DNA of 63,232 nt, the filler included, from Octopus bimaculoides (Eukaryota): NCBI RefSeq assembly GCF_001194135.2. It is 4 parts of 4 records of this genome, joined end to end, with 100 filler letters (N's around TTAATTAATTAA, not from the genome) between each part and the next. Parts side by side here need not be neighbours in the genome. Positions count along the whole stretch, not along the records: positions 35,696 to 44,608 come from NC_069006.1; positions 44,709 to 63,232 come from NC_068991.1; 2 more parts are not named here. The stretch is one strand, 5' to 3'. This document shows, one piece after another, positions 38,398 through 52,131 of the stretch (positions within the stretch are counted from its first letter, which is position 1; each line of letters opens with the position of its first letter). A program made the translations under genes and the position numbers. A model generated the notes under the pieces. It was given only the letters and a program-made list of their open reading frames with translations. It did no database searches and was not told where the DNA came from.

Positions 38398-41383
38398 GTT
38401 ATTATTATTATTAACTGGCAGAATCGTTAGCACGCCGGACAAACTTGTTAGCAGCATTTTGTCCGTCATTATATAAATGTATCGATATTTTAAATGGTGA
38501 ACGACTTCGTTAAGGTTCAGACCAATAATATTGAATCAAGCTATTACTACTACTGCGGCTGTTGCCACTGCTGTTACTACTAAAAGGACGAATATGCCAT
38601 CATTGTAAAATTGGCGATACCAGGCATTGTGAAAATTCTAGAAAATCGCGTGATCAGATTCCATAAATCTTTGGCGCTACGGTCGGTCACTTATTTGCAG
38701 AAATCTGTATTCTCTTGGTGTAGATAAACGACGTTGCCTGGGGTTTACAAATGGATTAAGAATGCCTACTCTGGTGATTATGAATTAGTTTAGCATTCTT
38801 GACCATCTCTCCAACTTCAGGAATTTAACTTCCTTCTGTTATATTTTCCGTTTGTTTCTTGGACCAACTGAATACAGTAGCAGAGCAAAGATCCAACAAG
38901 CATCGGACTGGAAGTGACACGGATTTCTAGATTTTCCGGTTTTCTTGAAAGAACATGAGTAAAATGTATAAATAAATAATGAAGGAAAAGTATAGAATTG
39001 TAGGTGCAGGAGTGGCTGTCTGGTAAGTAGCTTGCTTACCAGCCACATGGTTCCAGGTTCAGTCCTACTGCGTGGCACCTTCGACAAGTGTCTTCTACTA
39101 TAGACTCGAGCCAACCAAACCCTTGTGAGTGGATTTGGTAGACAGAAACAAGTATATATANNNNNNNNNNNNNNNNNNNNNNNNNNNNNNNNNNNNNNNN
39201 NNNNNNNNNNNNNNNNNNNNNNNNNNNNNNNNNNNNNNNNNNNNNNNNNNNNNNNNNNNNNNNNNNNNNNNNNNNNNNNNNNNNNNNNNNNNNNNNNNNN
39301 NNNNNNNNNNNNNNNNNNNNNNNNNNNNNNNNNNNNNNNNNNNNNNNNNNNNNNNNNNNNNNNNNNNNNNNNNNNNNNNNNNNNNNNNNNNNNNNNNNNN
39401 NNNNNNNNNNNNNNNNNNNNNNNNNNNNNNNNNATATATATATATATATATATACTCCGTCTACCAAATTTACTCAAGGCTTTGGTCAGCCCAGGGCTAT
39501 AGCAGAAAACAATCACCCAAGCGTCAAAGGTGCCGGGCAGTGGGACCGAACACAAAACCACGTGTTTGAAAAGCATTTCTCTGAGACACTGGGAAAAAGA
39601 AATAGCAAAGTTGCCCGTGTGTGGGGAGGATTCAAAATCAAACTGCGAAATATCATAAATAAATAACCACAACGTATTTGAATCAACTAAACCGCTTTCC
39701 CAAATCTACCGCAAAGAAAATTTATCTTCCAGTACGAAAAATTTTATTTTCATCCTATTTTTTCTTTGTTTTTGTCGTTTTTTTTCCTTTCTGTTTGTTC
39801 CTCTAAACCAATTGCTAAAGGCTTGGTTACCATGCTTCTCTACGAATGCTATTTCCATTTTAATTCTCCATTATTCTAACTTATTCATTCGCATTGTTTA
39901 CTACAGAACAGTTCCTCGTACAGGGTAAACCTGCGATAAACAGCGAGCTCCATTGTTCAGACAAACTACTTTTAAGTGACAAGCGCTGCTGTTTCATAAT
40001 AGACTTAGTAGGGAGGGCAAACGTGACAGGAAATGGTAGTGGCGTCAATTCAATGAAAATATTTGCTGCAGTCCTGCTCTGCACTCGTTTCTATACACCT
40101 GGCTGCTTCTAGCTGCTGTTTTTCCGAAGAGTTTTTCTTCTAGATGGGTAAATTCACACTGTATTTGTATACAGAAGTCTTTTTATTTCCAGAAGCGGTA
40201 TTGTCTCGCAGTATTAGAATTCACGTTAGCGTTCGCTTGATGTGTGATTGACTACGGAGTAAGGAAGGGAAGAAAGACATGAATCAATGAATGAATGAAG
40301 GAAAGAAAGAAAGAAGGAGGAGAGGAAAGAAGGAATGCGAGAAGAAAGAAAGAGTGAAAGAAAGAAGGAAGAAAGGAAGGAAAGAATGACGGAATGAATG
40401 AATGAATAGGATGAAAGATAAGAGAGAAAGTGAAAGAAAAACAGAAAGAATCAGAGATAAAGAAAGAATAGATGGATGAATGAATGAATGAATGAATGAA
40501 TGAAAGAAAGAAAGAACATGGTCGTCAAATTCACAGCTGGAATGATTTGAAGAATTAGTACACTAATAGAGTAAGTACACACACACACACACACATACAC
40601 ACACACACACACACACACATACACACACATACACACACACACATACACACACATACACACAGACATATGTATGCATGTATATATAAATGTATATGTAATA
40701 TACATATATATATATGTATGCATGCATATATATATATGTGCGTGTGTGTATATATATATATATATATNNNNNNNNNNNNNNNNNNNNNNNNNNNNNNNNN
40801 NNNNNNNNNNNNNNNNNNNNNNNNNNNNNNNNNNACACACACATACACACAGACATATGTATGCATGTATATATAAATGTATATGTAATATACATATATA
40901 TATATGTATATATGCACACAAACACATGCATATATATGTGTGTTTGTTTGTGTGTGTGTGTATACAAAGTGAAGCTGAATAAAGTAGGTTTTTAATTAAA
41001 TAGCTAAAACAGGCTGTAAATGACCAAGAATCGCAATACTTGGAAGGAAGCTAAGAATAGGGAACCGACAGCACAAATATATCGCATTCAATTTAGAAGA
41101 ATTTAAAAAAAAAACGTTTGATATCAGATGTGTGGGTGAAGATGGAAAAGATAAATAAATAACGCGAGGAAAGCGTAGTAGTAAACAGGGATATAAGATA
41201 ACGATGTGGTTAAGCAGCAGATCCGCATTTCGTTCATATTGTTTGGTGTCTTGGAAAAGTGCTCAAAGAATTTATATATAGATCGAACTTCATAAATGTT
41301 GCTGATGTGGTTAGTTTCATGTAAAGCATTGTAATGTAAGGGAAATGGCACATGAAAATGATGTATGAAGCACAATATGATAT

Positions 41384-41458
<75 letters not shown>

Positions 41459-41583
41459 AAAAGATAGGATAGAAAGACAGACGGATGGATGGATCGATGG
41501 ATCGATGGAGGGATGAAGAGACAGACCGACAGTCCGACGGATGGATGGATAGAGAGACAGACAAGCAGACAGACAGATAGATA

Positions 41584-41617
<34 letters not shown>

Positions 41618-41754
41618 GCATGGACAGATAGATAGATGCATGGACAGACAAACAGAGACGGGTGGATGGATAGATAAATGGAGAGACAAACGGACAGATG
41701 GGTGGATAGATGGACAGATAGATGGATAGACAGACAGACAAAACAAAAAAAACC

Positions 41755-41785
<31 letters not shown>

Positions 41786-42437
41786 CGCATGTATGTGTGT
41801 GTGTGTGTGTGTGTGTGCCGTCACTTGACTACTGATGCTCATATATCCATGTCCCCGTAACTTGGCGGTTCGGCAAAAGAGAGCCGGTAGAATAAGTACT
41901 AGGTTTACAAAGAATAAGTCCTGGGGTCGATTTCTTCGACTAAAACCCTTCAAGGTGGTGCCCGAGCATGGCCGCTGTCAAATGACTGAAACAAGTAAAA
42001 GAATGTGTGTGTGTGTGTGTGTGTGTGTGTTGGTATATATGAGTTTGCACATATGATTTACATGTGTTTGAATACGTTCGTAGATATGTATTGTTCGTCA
42101 CGTGTGAGTCTGTAAAACGAGGGTTTCTTTGTCAGACTAAAGAGCGAGTTCCTCATAGTATACAAATCTATGTATATATATAATTACACACACACAAACA
42201 TATATATATATATATCAGAACACACACACATGTGTTTGTGAATGTGGTTGTATGTGCTTGTTCAAGTTTGTTTGCCCATGTGGTTTAACAGGAGCAAAAC
42301 GGGTTAGCAAAATTAGGTGAAGAAGTACATAAAATGAAAAAATAAAACTCAAGGAGGTGACTTTTGACATGTTTGCACTTGGGTGGGAGTTTAGGAGAGA
42401 GATGAGAGAGAGGAGAGATGTACGTATGTCTGTGTAC

Positions 42438-42477
<40 letters not shown>

Positions 42478-42569
42478 TGGTGTAGGCGTGATGGTAGGCA
42501 CCTGGTTAAAAAAAAAAATAATGGCGTCTGTTTTTTGGTACGGTTAGGCGTTTGGTATTGGGAAAGAAT

Positions 42570-42770
42570 AATGAGGATGGTATGAGGGGGAGGAAGGGGA
42601 GGGGAGGAAAATGAATGGGGATAAGGAGGAGGTGGAGCAGAAGGAAGAGGTGGTGGAGGACCGGGAAGGACAGGAGGAGTTGACGGATAAGGAGGAGGTG
42701 GAGAAGGGGGAAGAAGAGAAGGAGGAGGCGAAAGAAGGGTAGGAAGATAAAGAAGAGGAAGAAGAGGACT
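42570..42770. repeat. GGA/GAA-rich low-complexity tract
   Basis: Direct reading; a similar CCT-rich tract lies at 28340-28510. Confidence 0.8.
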
Positions 42771-44391
42771 CCTGCGCAATGAATTAATATCTTCGTGAGA
42801 TTGAAGCTCGGGGACTTTTAGCGAATGTCCTGTTATTTCTCTGTTGACCGCTGAACGATTTGAACTGAATTTCGTTCGCTGTTTTTTTTTTTTTTGCTTT
42901 TTCATAATAAATTGTCATATGCATGGTGAACACCGAGAATCAAAACAACACCTGTATATTTATTCCTTATACATTCAAGCAGATTCGAACCTGAACATGC
43001 TAGTAAGAATAAATATACGAATCACCATCTCGGACCTCACTGTGCACCGTACATATGACGAACTGTTGGCGGTTGGCAGACACCAGCGATGATCAGCGAA
43101 AGATTTACTTGCTGAAGTGACAAACAAAGAACATCAGCCGTTGTTAGGTTCATTGATCTGGAGGTTTTTTGCGGGGGCTGACAAAACTTAGCGATATCGA
43201 AACGCCAGCTGTCCCAGAATCCTTTGTGCTGTTCAATCGAGTGTTATGAATAAATATTCGTCATAAACAAATGTGTCCTGTAATGGCCCCGTCAGCGGTT
43301 AGCATATTCGTGTTCGAATCTCCCGGAACGTAATCTTTTTTCTGTCTTTATCTGTTAATTGTTCCAGTCCTTAGAGTCTGGCCATACTGGGGCATACAGT
43401 ATGTTTTAAAAGAATATATAGTAAAATTGTGATTTATTAAAATTTTCTAGACATTGAAAACTTAAATTATTGCTTACTTTCAGTGAAATTTACATAAATT
43501 AATTAATGTACCGATTTAGCATTATATAAATGTTGCTAGTTGTGGTGCAATCGCTTTGTGAAATAATTTACTTCACGTCGAAATTTATCCTGGTATATTT
43601 TCATTCTATTCAGTGAAGTACACAAAGAGGTCTTTTGTTACGTTGTTTAAAGCAATCACATATATCCTTCTTGAGTTCCTAACGACGAGATAAACATAGC
43701 AATTTATAGTTCCGATTTCATTTATAACAACAACTACAATTCTGTATCTATTGTTCTATATTGTTTTTCTTCTGTTTTTTTTTTTTCTTAGCCATTGTTG
43801 TTGTTGTAGTCGTTGTCGTGTGTAGCCATGCTGCTTGTAATCATTCTCTGCAGCGTGAATTCCAGTTGGCAGTAAACAAATATCACACCCACCATCTTCA
43901 ATAAAACATTTCTTTGACGAGATCTTTTCAGTGCACGCATGACTGTGTTAAGAATCTCGCTTTGCAGCCACGCTGTTTCAGGTTCATTCCCACGGTGTGG
44001 TGCATAGAACAAGGGTCTTCTACCATAGCCTAGGGCCAAGTGAATTATATTCTTTTTGTATTTTTGTAATCTTTCACTTGTTTCAGTCATTTGACAGCGG
44101 CCATGCGTGGGCACTGACTTTAGTCGAGCAAATCGACCCCAGGACTTATTCTTTGTAAACCTAGTACTCTCTTTTTGCTGAACCGCTAAGTTACGGGAAT
44201 GTAAACACACCAACATCGGTTGCCAACTTCTTTCAGGTTTCCTCTACCACAGCCACACACAAGGCTTTGGTCGGCCCATATGTGAAATGAAGTGTCTTGC
44301 CCAAGGACACAACGCCTCACCGGGAATCGAACTCACGAACTTACGATCCAGAGCCGAATACCCTAACCACTAAGCCATGGGTGTGTGTGTT

Positions 44392-44450
<59 letters not shown>

Positions 44451-44608
44451 ACAGACAGACAGACAGAGGGCAGAAATGACGTGCATATTCAAGTAAATTT
44501 ATGGCGCACCCCTGTTTTACAAACAGAGCCGCCCACCCAGGGTAACTGGCGTATGTACACGTATTAATGCTTAGAAATTCGGTTGTATGTAAGAGGGTGG
44601 AGTATGTA

Positions 44609-44708
44609 NNNNNNNNNNNNNNNNNNNNNNNNNNNNNNNNNNNNNNNNNNNNTTAATTAATTAANNNNNNNNNNNNNNNNNNNNNNNNNNNNNNNNNNNN
44701 NNNNNNNN
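44609..44708. other. Artificial scaffold-join spacer
   Basis: 44N-TTAATTAATTAA-44N. Confidence 0.92.
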
Positions 44709-44778
44709 GTGTGTGTTAGTGTGTGCGTGCGTGCGTGCGTATATTTATGTTTATATTTTGTTTATTTTGCATTGGAAG

Positions 44779-44905
44779 GACCAAATTTGGTGATATGGAG
44801 TTTCAGAAAATCCTTGATGACACTAAATTCTTCTTCGAGAATGTTAGCGCATTTGTACCAGAGAATTTCCTTCCATTCCTGCGATTTCTTCGATGGAAAT
44901 CTCCT
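44779..44905 (+). CDS. Cytochrome P450 (clan 2-like) exon; TKFGDMEFQKILDDTKFFFENVSAFVPENFLPFLRFLRWKSP
   Basis: GAAG acceptor, CCT|GTAAGT donor, phase 2/0; E-F helix pattern of CYP2-like enzymes. Confidence 0.85.
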
Positions 44906-44999
44906 GTAAGTATAAACATTTCATAAAGTTATTTAAATATTCCTAAATCAATTTTTGAGCCCAGATGATGTGTTTTCAAGAGCCATGATTTTGTTATTG

Positions 45000-45300
45000 T
45001 ACTCCGACAGTGCCGGAAGAGTACGATTGTCAATACAAGCGGCCGAAATGAGGTTCTACCGAAGAATCGCTGGACTAAGATTTCTCTCGAGAATGCGTAG
45101 CTCTAAGATCAGAGATTATCACAAGGTCAAACCTTTACTTTTTTGCATTGAGAAGCCACAGCTGCGATACTACTGACGTGTCGCAGGAAAGTGTCGTAAG
45201 ACAGATTCTTCAAGGCGAGCCAAACTGCAGGAGACTTAGGAGTAGACCAAAAATGAAATGGATAATATCCACTTAGTTGGCCATGTTTGAGAATCCTGCA
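45000..45300 (+). mobile_element. RTE LINE 3' fragment
   Basis: IQAAEMRFYRRIAG...RMRSSKIRD...IEKPQLRYY. Confidence 0.8.
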
Positions 45301-46040
45301 GGAAAATGTAATGGCTGTTGTTTCTAATATGTTTGAGGTACCTGAAGTACCCCAACGATCCCACCAGAAATAGTGACGGAAAAGATGGATGGAGTGTAGT
45401 GATTTAAGGGGAAAACTGCTCAGTAAAAATGATGTTAGTTAATAGGAAAGAATTTCATATATTTTCCATCAACACTTTTGTTATGTCATGCTTTTCTCAA
45501 TGAAAAACATGACATAAACAAGTGTAGATAGAAAATATATCATTCTTTCATACTAACTCCTAACATCATTTTATCTTTAAAGTCTCACGTCCATGCTATA
45601 TTTCTTCCATTATAATTCGACATCGCCTATCAGAATAATGGAATATTACATACTCTCTAAGGTTATATTTACAAGGACGTTGGGTAGAAGCATGAATAAC
45701 TGAATTAGTCTTTAGTGGAAAAAGTTTTCAAGGTTTTATGCATACACTTCATATTCTTCATTCACCGACAGCACAATTTATTTTTTTATATCTAAAAGTT
45801 CATTGTTAAAGACAGTTATAGGGCTTTCAATGATGTGGTGTAAGAAAATCGAGGTCACAGTTATTGTTAGTGAGTGGATATGGTCTTTGAATTCATACAG
45901 TATAATGATTGAATATATTTTATTGAGGGAGAAAAGTCGACTCTAACTAGATTTAATTTCAACTCAGAAGGTAGACTGATGTAACAAAATAATGTAAAAT
46001 ATTTCTTTGAATTGAATACATACATTAGCGTTACTTATAG

Positions 46041-46197
46041 GTAGAACAACTTATCCAGAACGACAAAGGTCTCCGAAATTATACAAAAGAGAAAATCGCA
46101 GAACACAAAGAAACGTTTAATGCTGAAAACATAAGAGATTTCGTTGATTTGTACTTGCTGTCTCTTGAGAAGGAACCAAACAGCGAAACTTTATCAG
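46041..46197 (+). CDS. P450 exon; VEQLIQND...IAEHKETFNAENIRDFVDLYLL...ETLS
   Basis: TTATAG acceptor, G|GTGAGT donor, phase 0/1; EHKxTF...RDFxDxYL motif. Confidence 0.92.
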
Positions 46198-46705
46198 GTG
46201 AGTTATATATGAACTGTTAATTACACTGTAATAGTTTCTTTCATCAATTATATTTCTGTTATTCCTTTCATCAATTATATTTCTATAATTTCTTTCAATT
46301 TTTAATTAGCTCAAATTGACGCTTATAATTTGTCTCTACACAAGCACCTTATTTATCTCGTCTCTCAGAACATGATTTATATTTTCATAGCTATTTAACC
46401 ATCAACTGGATCTACAAAGATACTTACCATTCTCGTGTGAGAGACGAGATACATAAGTAACATGGTATGCTTTCTGAGACGAATTGGGTTGTGGGCGTTA
46501 GCGATAGTCGGCAATCGTCTCTACGACAGTAATTTCTGTCATCTTTCCAATCTAATAATGTTACATGTAAAAGCTAGAATCTCTATTTTGACAATAAGTC
46601 TCGATTATGCAATTTGCATTATGTAACTAAAACATCTTATAAATAATCTCTCGTATTTATATATATATATATACACATCACCGAGGTATTTCATCTACTT
46701 TGCTT

Positions 46706-46754
<49 letters not shown>

Positions 46755-47408
46755 NNNNNNNNNNNNNNNNNNNNNNNNNNNNNNNNNNNNNNNNNNNNNN
46801 NNNNNNNNNNNNNNNNNNNNNNNNNNNNNNNNNNNNNNNNNNNNNNNNNNNNNNNNNNNNNNNNNNNNNNNNNNNNNNNNNNNNNNNNNNNNNNNNNNNN
46901 NNNNNNNNNNNNNNNNNNNNNNNNNNNNNNNNNNNNNNNNNNNNNNNNNNNNNNNNNNNNNNNNNNNNNNNNNNNNNNNNNNNNNNNNNNNNNNNNNNNN
47001 NNNNNNNNNNNNNNNNNNNNNNNNNNNNNNNNNNNNNNNNNNNNNNNNNNNNNNNNNNNNNNNNNNNNNNNNNNNNNNNNNNNNNNNNNNNNNNNNNNNN
47101 NNNNNNNNNNNNNNNNNNNNNNNNNNNNNNNNNNNNNNNNNNNNNNNNNNNNNNNNNNNNNNNNNNNNNNNNNNNNNNNNNNNNNNNNNNNNNNNNNNNN
47201 NNNNNNNNNNNNNNNNNNNNNNNNNNNNNNNNNNNNNNNNNNNNNNNNNNNNNNNNNNNNNNNNNNNNNNNNNNNNNNNNNNNNNNNNNNNNNNNNNNNN
47301 NNNNNNNNNNNNNNNNNNNNNNNNNNNNNNNNNNNNNNNNNNNNNNNNNNNNNNNNNNNNNNNNNNNNNNNNNNNNNNNNNNNNNNNNNNNNNNNNNNNN
47401 NNNNNNNN

Positions 47409-47950
47409 TGGTTCAACCCAGCTTTCAATATGGCCGTAAGAACTAATATTGGTAAGGAATTTTTAAAATTAGTCTGAATATTCAATAGAAGAACGCTTAA
47501 GATCAGCTATTCTTGCTGCAGAAACTTCGCCTGTTTGATTAGCCAGCACAACAAGATAATTGCCAAAAATCATAATGCCGACTCTTTCCTAAAAAGCTGC
47601 AATTTCAAAGATGGAACCTCCTGTCCGTTGAAAGGGAGATGTCTAGAAAAGGGTATCGTGTATAGAGCCAAAGTCCAGATAGAAGGCTCACACGATTATA
47701 GAATTTATACAGAGGCTACGGAAAATTGATTCAAAACCAGGCTTTATTCGCACAAGAATTCTTTCAGATACCCCGAAAATAGAACAAAGACTAGCCTGAC
47801 AAAATACGTCTGGCAATTAAAAGAAAACGAAGTCCGATATTTCAACGTGACATGGAGGATTTTAGGTAGATCATCACCTTACAGGCACGGTGCCCATAAA
47901 AGACCAATTAAATGCGAGTTGTGTTTATTAGAAAAATTCCACGTTGAGAC
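47409..47950 (+). mobile_element. Penelope-like element GIY-YIG endonuclease fragment
   Basis: WFNPAFNMAVRTNIGKEFLKL, CPLKGRCLEKGIVYRAKV, FKTRLYSHKNSF, CELCLLEK. Confidence 0.85.
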
Positions 47951-50038
47951 CTAAAAGTATTTTATGTGGATGTCTGTGTTGTAGCAATGCATATGTATTC
48001 GTATGTGTGCGTCTATGCTTATGTATAGAGCCTATGTTTATACTTGCGCACATACATACATCATTTTGTGTGTGTGCGTCTTTGTGTATGCATGGGTAAG
48101 AGTGTATGCTTATATTTACACATACATACATTTATTCGTGTATGTGCGTCTATGTTATATATGAGAATGTGCGCTCAGGTTCACACTCACACATACTTGA
48201 ATGTGTGCATACGCACGNNNNNNNNNNAGGTTCACACTCACACATACTTGAATGTGTGCATACGCACGTATACAGTTATGTTTGTGTGTATTTGCGTACA
48301 TATCCCTATATATCTGTATACGTGATGTTAATATACATCTTTGTATACACATATATACGTAATCCAATTTTGTGTACGTTTGTTATATACGCTACACTTC
48401 CTTCTTTCTCTCTTTCTTTCTTTCTTTCTCTATTTCTGTCTTCGCTTCTTTCCTCCCTTCTTTCTCTCTTTTCTTCCTTTGTTTCTTTCTTTCTTTCTTT
48501 CTTTCTTTCCTCACGAAAACCACACTTTCTCTCTTTCTGCATTAGTAACGTCCTTATCGATACGTTCCTCTTCCTCCCCCCACTCCGTAAGTTTAAGATA
48601 CACCTACTGTTACCAACGCTGAATAATTTTCGTGCGCGAGCATGATTGCGTGCATATGTGTATGTGTATACATCCGTATTCGTGTATGTATTTATGTCTT
48701 ACAAATATATACCTATATATGTCTGTACGTATGCATCTGCGTATTTTGATGTATATATGTATGTTGTAGATAGTCTAGTATACGTATATACTGTTGTAAT
48801 TTTATTTTTATTTTTAATGCAGCGTAAATTTTATTTTAATTTTAATGTATTAATTCGAATATAATTATTTACAATATGTATTTTGAACCCATCTTTCAAT
48901 NNNNNNNNNNNNNNNNNNNNNNNNNNNNNNNNNNNNNNNNNNNNNNNNNNNNNNNNNNNNNNNNNNNNNNNNNNNNNNNNNNNNNNNNNNNNNNNNNNNN
49001 NNNNNNNNNNNNNNNNNNNNNNNNNNNNNNNNNNNNNNNNNNNNNNNNNNNNNNNNNNNNNNNNNNNNNNNNNNNNNNNNNNNNNNNNNNNNNNNNNNNN
49101 NNNNNNNNNNNNNNNNNNNNNNNNNNNNNNNNNNNNNNNNNNNNNNNNNNNNNNNNNNNNNNNNNNNNNNNNNNNNNNNNNNNNNNNNNNNNNNNNNNNN
49201 NNNNNNNNNNNNNNNNNNNNNNNNNNNNNNNNNNNNNNNNNNNNNNNNNNNNNNNNNNNNNNNNNNNNNNNNNNNNNNNATATATATATATATATATATA
49301 CATACAAACAACAGCTATTTATCCTCTCTGAATTATATTGATCATTATAAGTCGAAGCCAATTAAGGTGATTAGGCTTCAGTGAGGAGATCTACCAAGAC
49401 CGAAACATATCTCTAACTTTTCACACGTAGTGTAAGAAATATGTTCCACTCTCAACAGCATTGTCCGTGATTCGCAAAACTTAGTAACTAATAGAATTTT
49501 AGTTATCCCACTTGTTTGCTACTTTAGGTTTTGAGCATTCTTACTTCACAAGATCTTCAAAACGTAAGGACAATCTCAGTTAAATCGAAATTTTACAGCT
49601 GACTTATTTTATATATGAGACTTAATCCTATGCATTGTGGAGGCACATGGCCTAGTGGTTAGAACAGCAGACTCGTGGTCGAGGGATCGCGGGTTCGAAT
49701 TTCAGACCGGGCGATGTGTGTGTTTCTACACAGTTTCTGTTAATGATATTCACTCAAAAGGCATTGGTCAGTCTAGGACTGTAGTAGAAGATACTGACTC
49801 AAGAGATTGCACAGTGGGACTGAACCTGCTACCGCATGGTTGCAAAGCGACTTTCTTAATCACACAATCAGGCCTAGTTTTAACTGATGAAATTTTAATA
49901 GATTTTTTTTCCATTCCTTTGTCTTTTTGTTGTTTTGTTTTTTTTTGCAATCAATCGTCATCTACTTGTCCGTTATTTAATACAATTATACAAAATTATT
50001 AAGTTGATTGAGTCTAATTATTCTTTGGGCAATCTTAG

Positions 50039-50175
50039 ACTCAAACATGTTCCGTGCAATCATCGATATGTTTACTGCAGGAACCGACACAATTGCACTT
50101 TATCTTACCTGGGCCTTTCTCTTTATGGCCAAATATCCTGATATGCAGAACAGGTGTCGGGAAGAAATTAAACAA
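50039..50175 (+). CDS. P450 exon with I-helix DMFTAGTDT
   Basis: CTTAG acceptor, CAA|GTAAGT donor, phase 1/0. Confidence 0.95.
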
Positions 50176-50241
50176 GTAAGTTATCTCAAATTTCTTTATT
50201 ATTATACGCTTTGTTTTCCCTTCAAAGTATTTGATAGGATG

Positions 50242-50617
50242 TGGAGGCGCAATGGCCCAGTGGTTAGGGCAGCGGACTCGCGGTTTCGATTCCCAGACCG
50301 GGCGTTGTGAGTGTTTATTGAGCGAAAGCACCTAAAGCTCCACGAGGCTCCGGCAGGGGATGCTGGCGAACCCTGTTGTACTCTTTCACCACAACTTTCT
50401 CTCACTCTTACTTCCTGTTTCTCTTGTGCCTGTTATTCAAAGGGTCAGCCTTGTCACACTGTGTCACGCTGAATATCCCCGAGAACTATGTTAAGGGTAC
50501 ACGTGTCTCTGGAGTGCTCAGCCACTTGCACGTTAATTTCACGAGCAGGCTGTTCCGTTGATCGGATCAACTGGAACCCTCGACGTCGTAAGCGACGGAG
50601 TGCCAACACAAACACAC
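50242..50617 (+). mobile_element. SINE family C with 13-nt TSD
   Basis: ATTTGATAGGATG at 50229 and 50618; nearly identical to the 26935 copy. Confidence 0.92.
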
Positions 50618-50906
50618 ATTTGATAGGATGCCAGAAGATTTAGCGGTTAGCATGTTTCCACGTATTGCTTTCTTGATATTAATTCTTATCTTTGGAACGC
50701 GTTAGCCCAAATATTTTTGTAACTAGTGATCTGAGAGCTGACCTACACATTCTCTCTCTCTCTTTCTCCCTCTCTCTGTTACTTACTCTATCTTTTTTAC
50801 TTATTCTCTATCTCTCTCACAAACACACACACACACGCATTCATATGCACGCATATAGATCGAAAAACACATGGATAAGTCCGTTGTAATGAATTTTCTA
50901 TTTCAG

Positions 50907-51003
50907 GTCACAAATATGAGCAGGCCTGTCACAATGGAAGACAAACGACACATGACATACGTTGCAGCAACTCTTCTAGAGGTCCACAGAATTGCTCCCG
51001 TTG
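50907..51003 (+). CDS. P450 exon with K-helix ExxR (EVHR)
   Basis: TTTCAG acceptor, G|GTAAGC donor, phase 0/1. Confidence 0.95.
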
Positions 51004-51079
51004 GTAAGCAAGCTGTACGATAAATTGTATTTTTAAAAACCGAATTTTGTATATAATGCTAAGTTTTTGTTTTGAAACC

Positions 51080-52131
51080 CTATCTTGGTTTCTGTATTGG
51101 GAGGGTGGGTCTGAGTGGTCTTAGGTGGGATGGAGTTGGTCTGGGATCCCACATCACACTGACGGTTTTTCCTCTTCTTTTGCTTTTTCCTTTTATTCTC
51201 TGGCACTCCTCCTTGTTCTTTCCATCTATCTGCACTTCTTCCTTTTTCTCCTCCGTCTCCAGCACCGCTTCTTCTGTCGTTTTCCTCTGTAGAGGGCAGT
51301 GAGCTCTAATGTGGCCTTTTTGGCTACATTTAAAGCATCGCGGAACTCTGCCCTCTACACATACTCTCAATACTATTTCTCCCAACGTCACCGTCTCCGC
51401 CAAACTTTCCAGCTGCTTCGCCTCTGCTTGTATGATAATTTCCAACGTTTTCCCTTCATATCCTCTTTCCTCTGTCTCTGTGGCTTGGAGGACAGCCACT
51501 TCCTCCTCACTTCCAACGAGGACGGCTGCCGCAACCCAAGCCACTTCTAAATCGGGTGGAAGTCTTTCTTCCAAGGTACGTGGGTAGAAGTACTACTTCC
51601 TCCGTTTTTACAGTTGTACTCGCCAGCCTCTTTGCCTCCTCTGCAGTCCTAAACTGGATGACCACCGTCCCGTACCCATTTCCTTTCGCTATATATGTCA
51701 CTTCCTTCGAAAGCCCCTCCAGAGCTTTTTCTACTTTTTCCATCACCATCCGCTCTACCTTCCTACTCTCCACTGAGTACACCTTGTAGGTAACGGTCTT
51801 CTTCTCCATATTTACCATGACCCTTTTCGGGGGTAATAACTTTACGTCACCGCCCACCTACTGTGTCATCTTACACAGCTCCTTCAGTCCGGTTAGGTCC
51901 ACTTCCCTTTTCTTCACCTCTGCAGCCTCAGCAAAACTCTTTACTCTTTCCAAATGCTCGTCCATTCTATATACCGCCTTAACGAGCTCCCCCTCTGCTG
52001 AGGACAGTTCATACTCGCTAAGGTCCGAATACATTCCTTTCCACCGGTACAACACTCACCGACAAACCGCTGCTAGGCAGCTCAAAAAATTCCGTCCGTC
52101 TCGTCAAAAATCAACACAACGAATAGACTGA
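51080..52131 (-). mobile_element. Gag-like ORF1 of an L1/Tx1-like LINE (CCHC knuckle), no ORF2
   Basis: ATG 52034, in-frame TAG at 51860-51858, one frameshift near 51570, CFKCSQKGHIRAHC (C-x2-C-x4-H-x4-C), stop at 51080. Confidence 0.75.

Noticed and set aside
39881-40112. Overlapping short ORFs as possible P450 or cadherin 5' exons
   Set aside because: No recognisable motifs, and they lie on a different scaffold piece
42285-42905. 206-aa proline-rich ORF
   Set aside because: Translation of a GGA-rich low-complexity tract with no splice or homology support
49381-49410. Hammerhead-like GUGAGGA-GAUCU(ACCA)AGACC-GAAA-C-AUA
   Set aside because: C3 is replaced by G, helix II has a mismatch and there is no convincing helix I; at most a dead remnant
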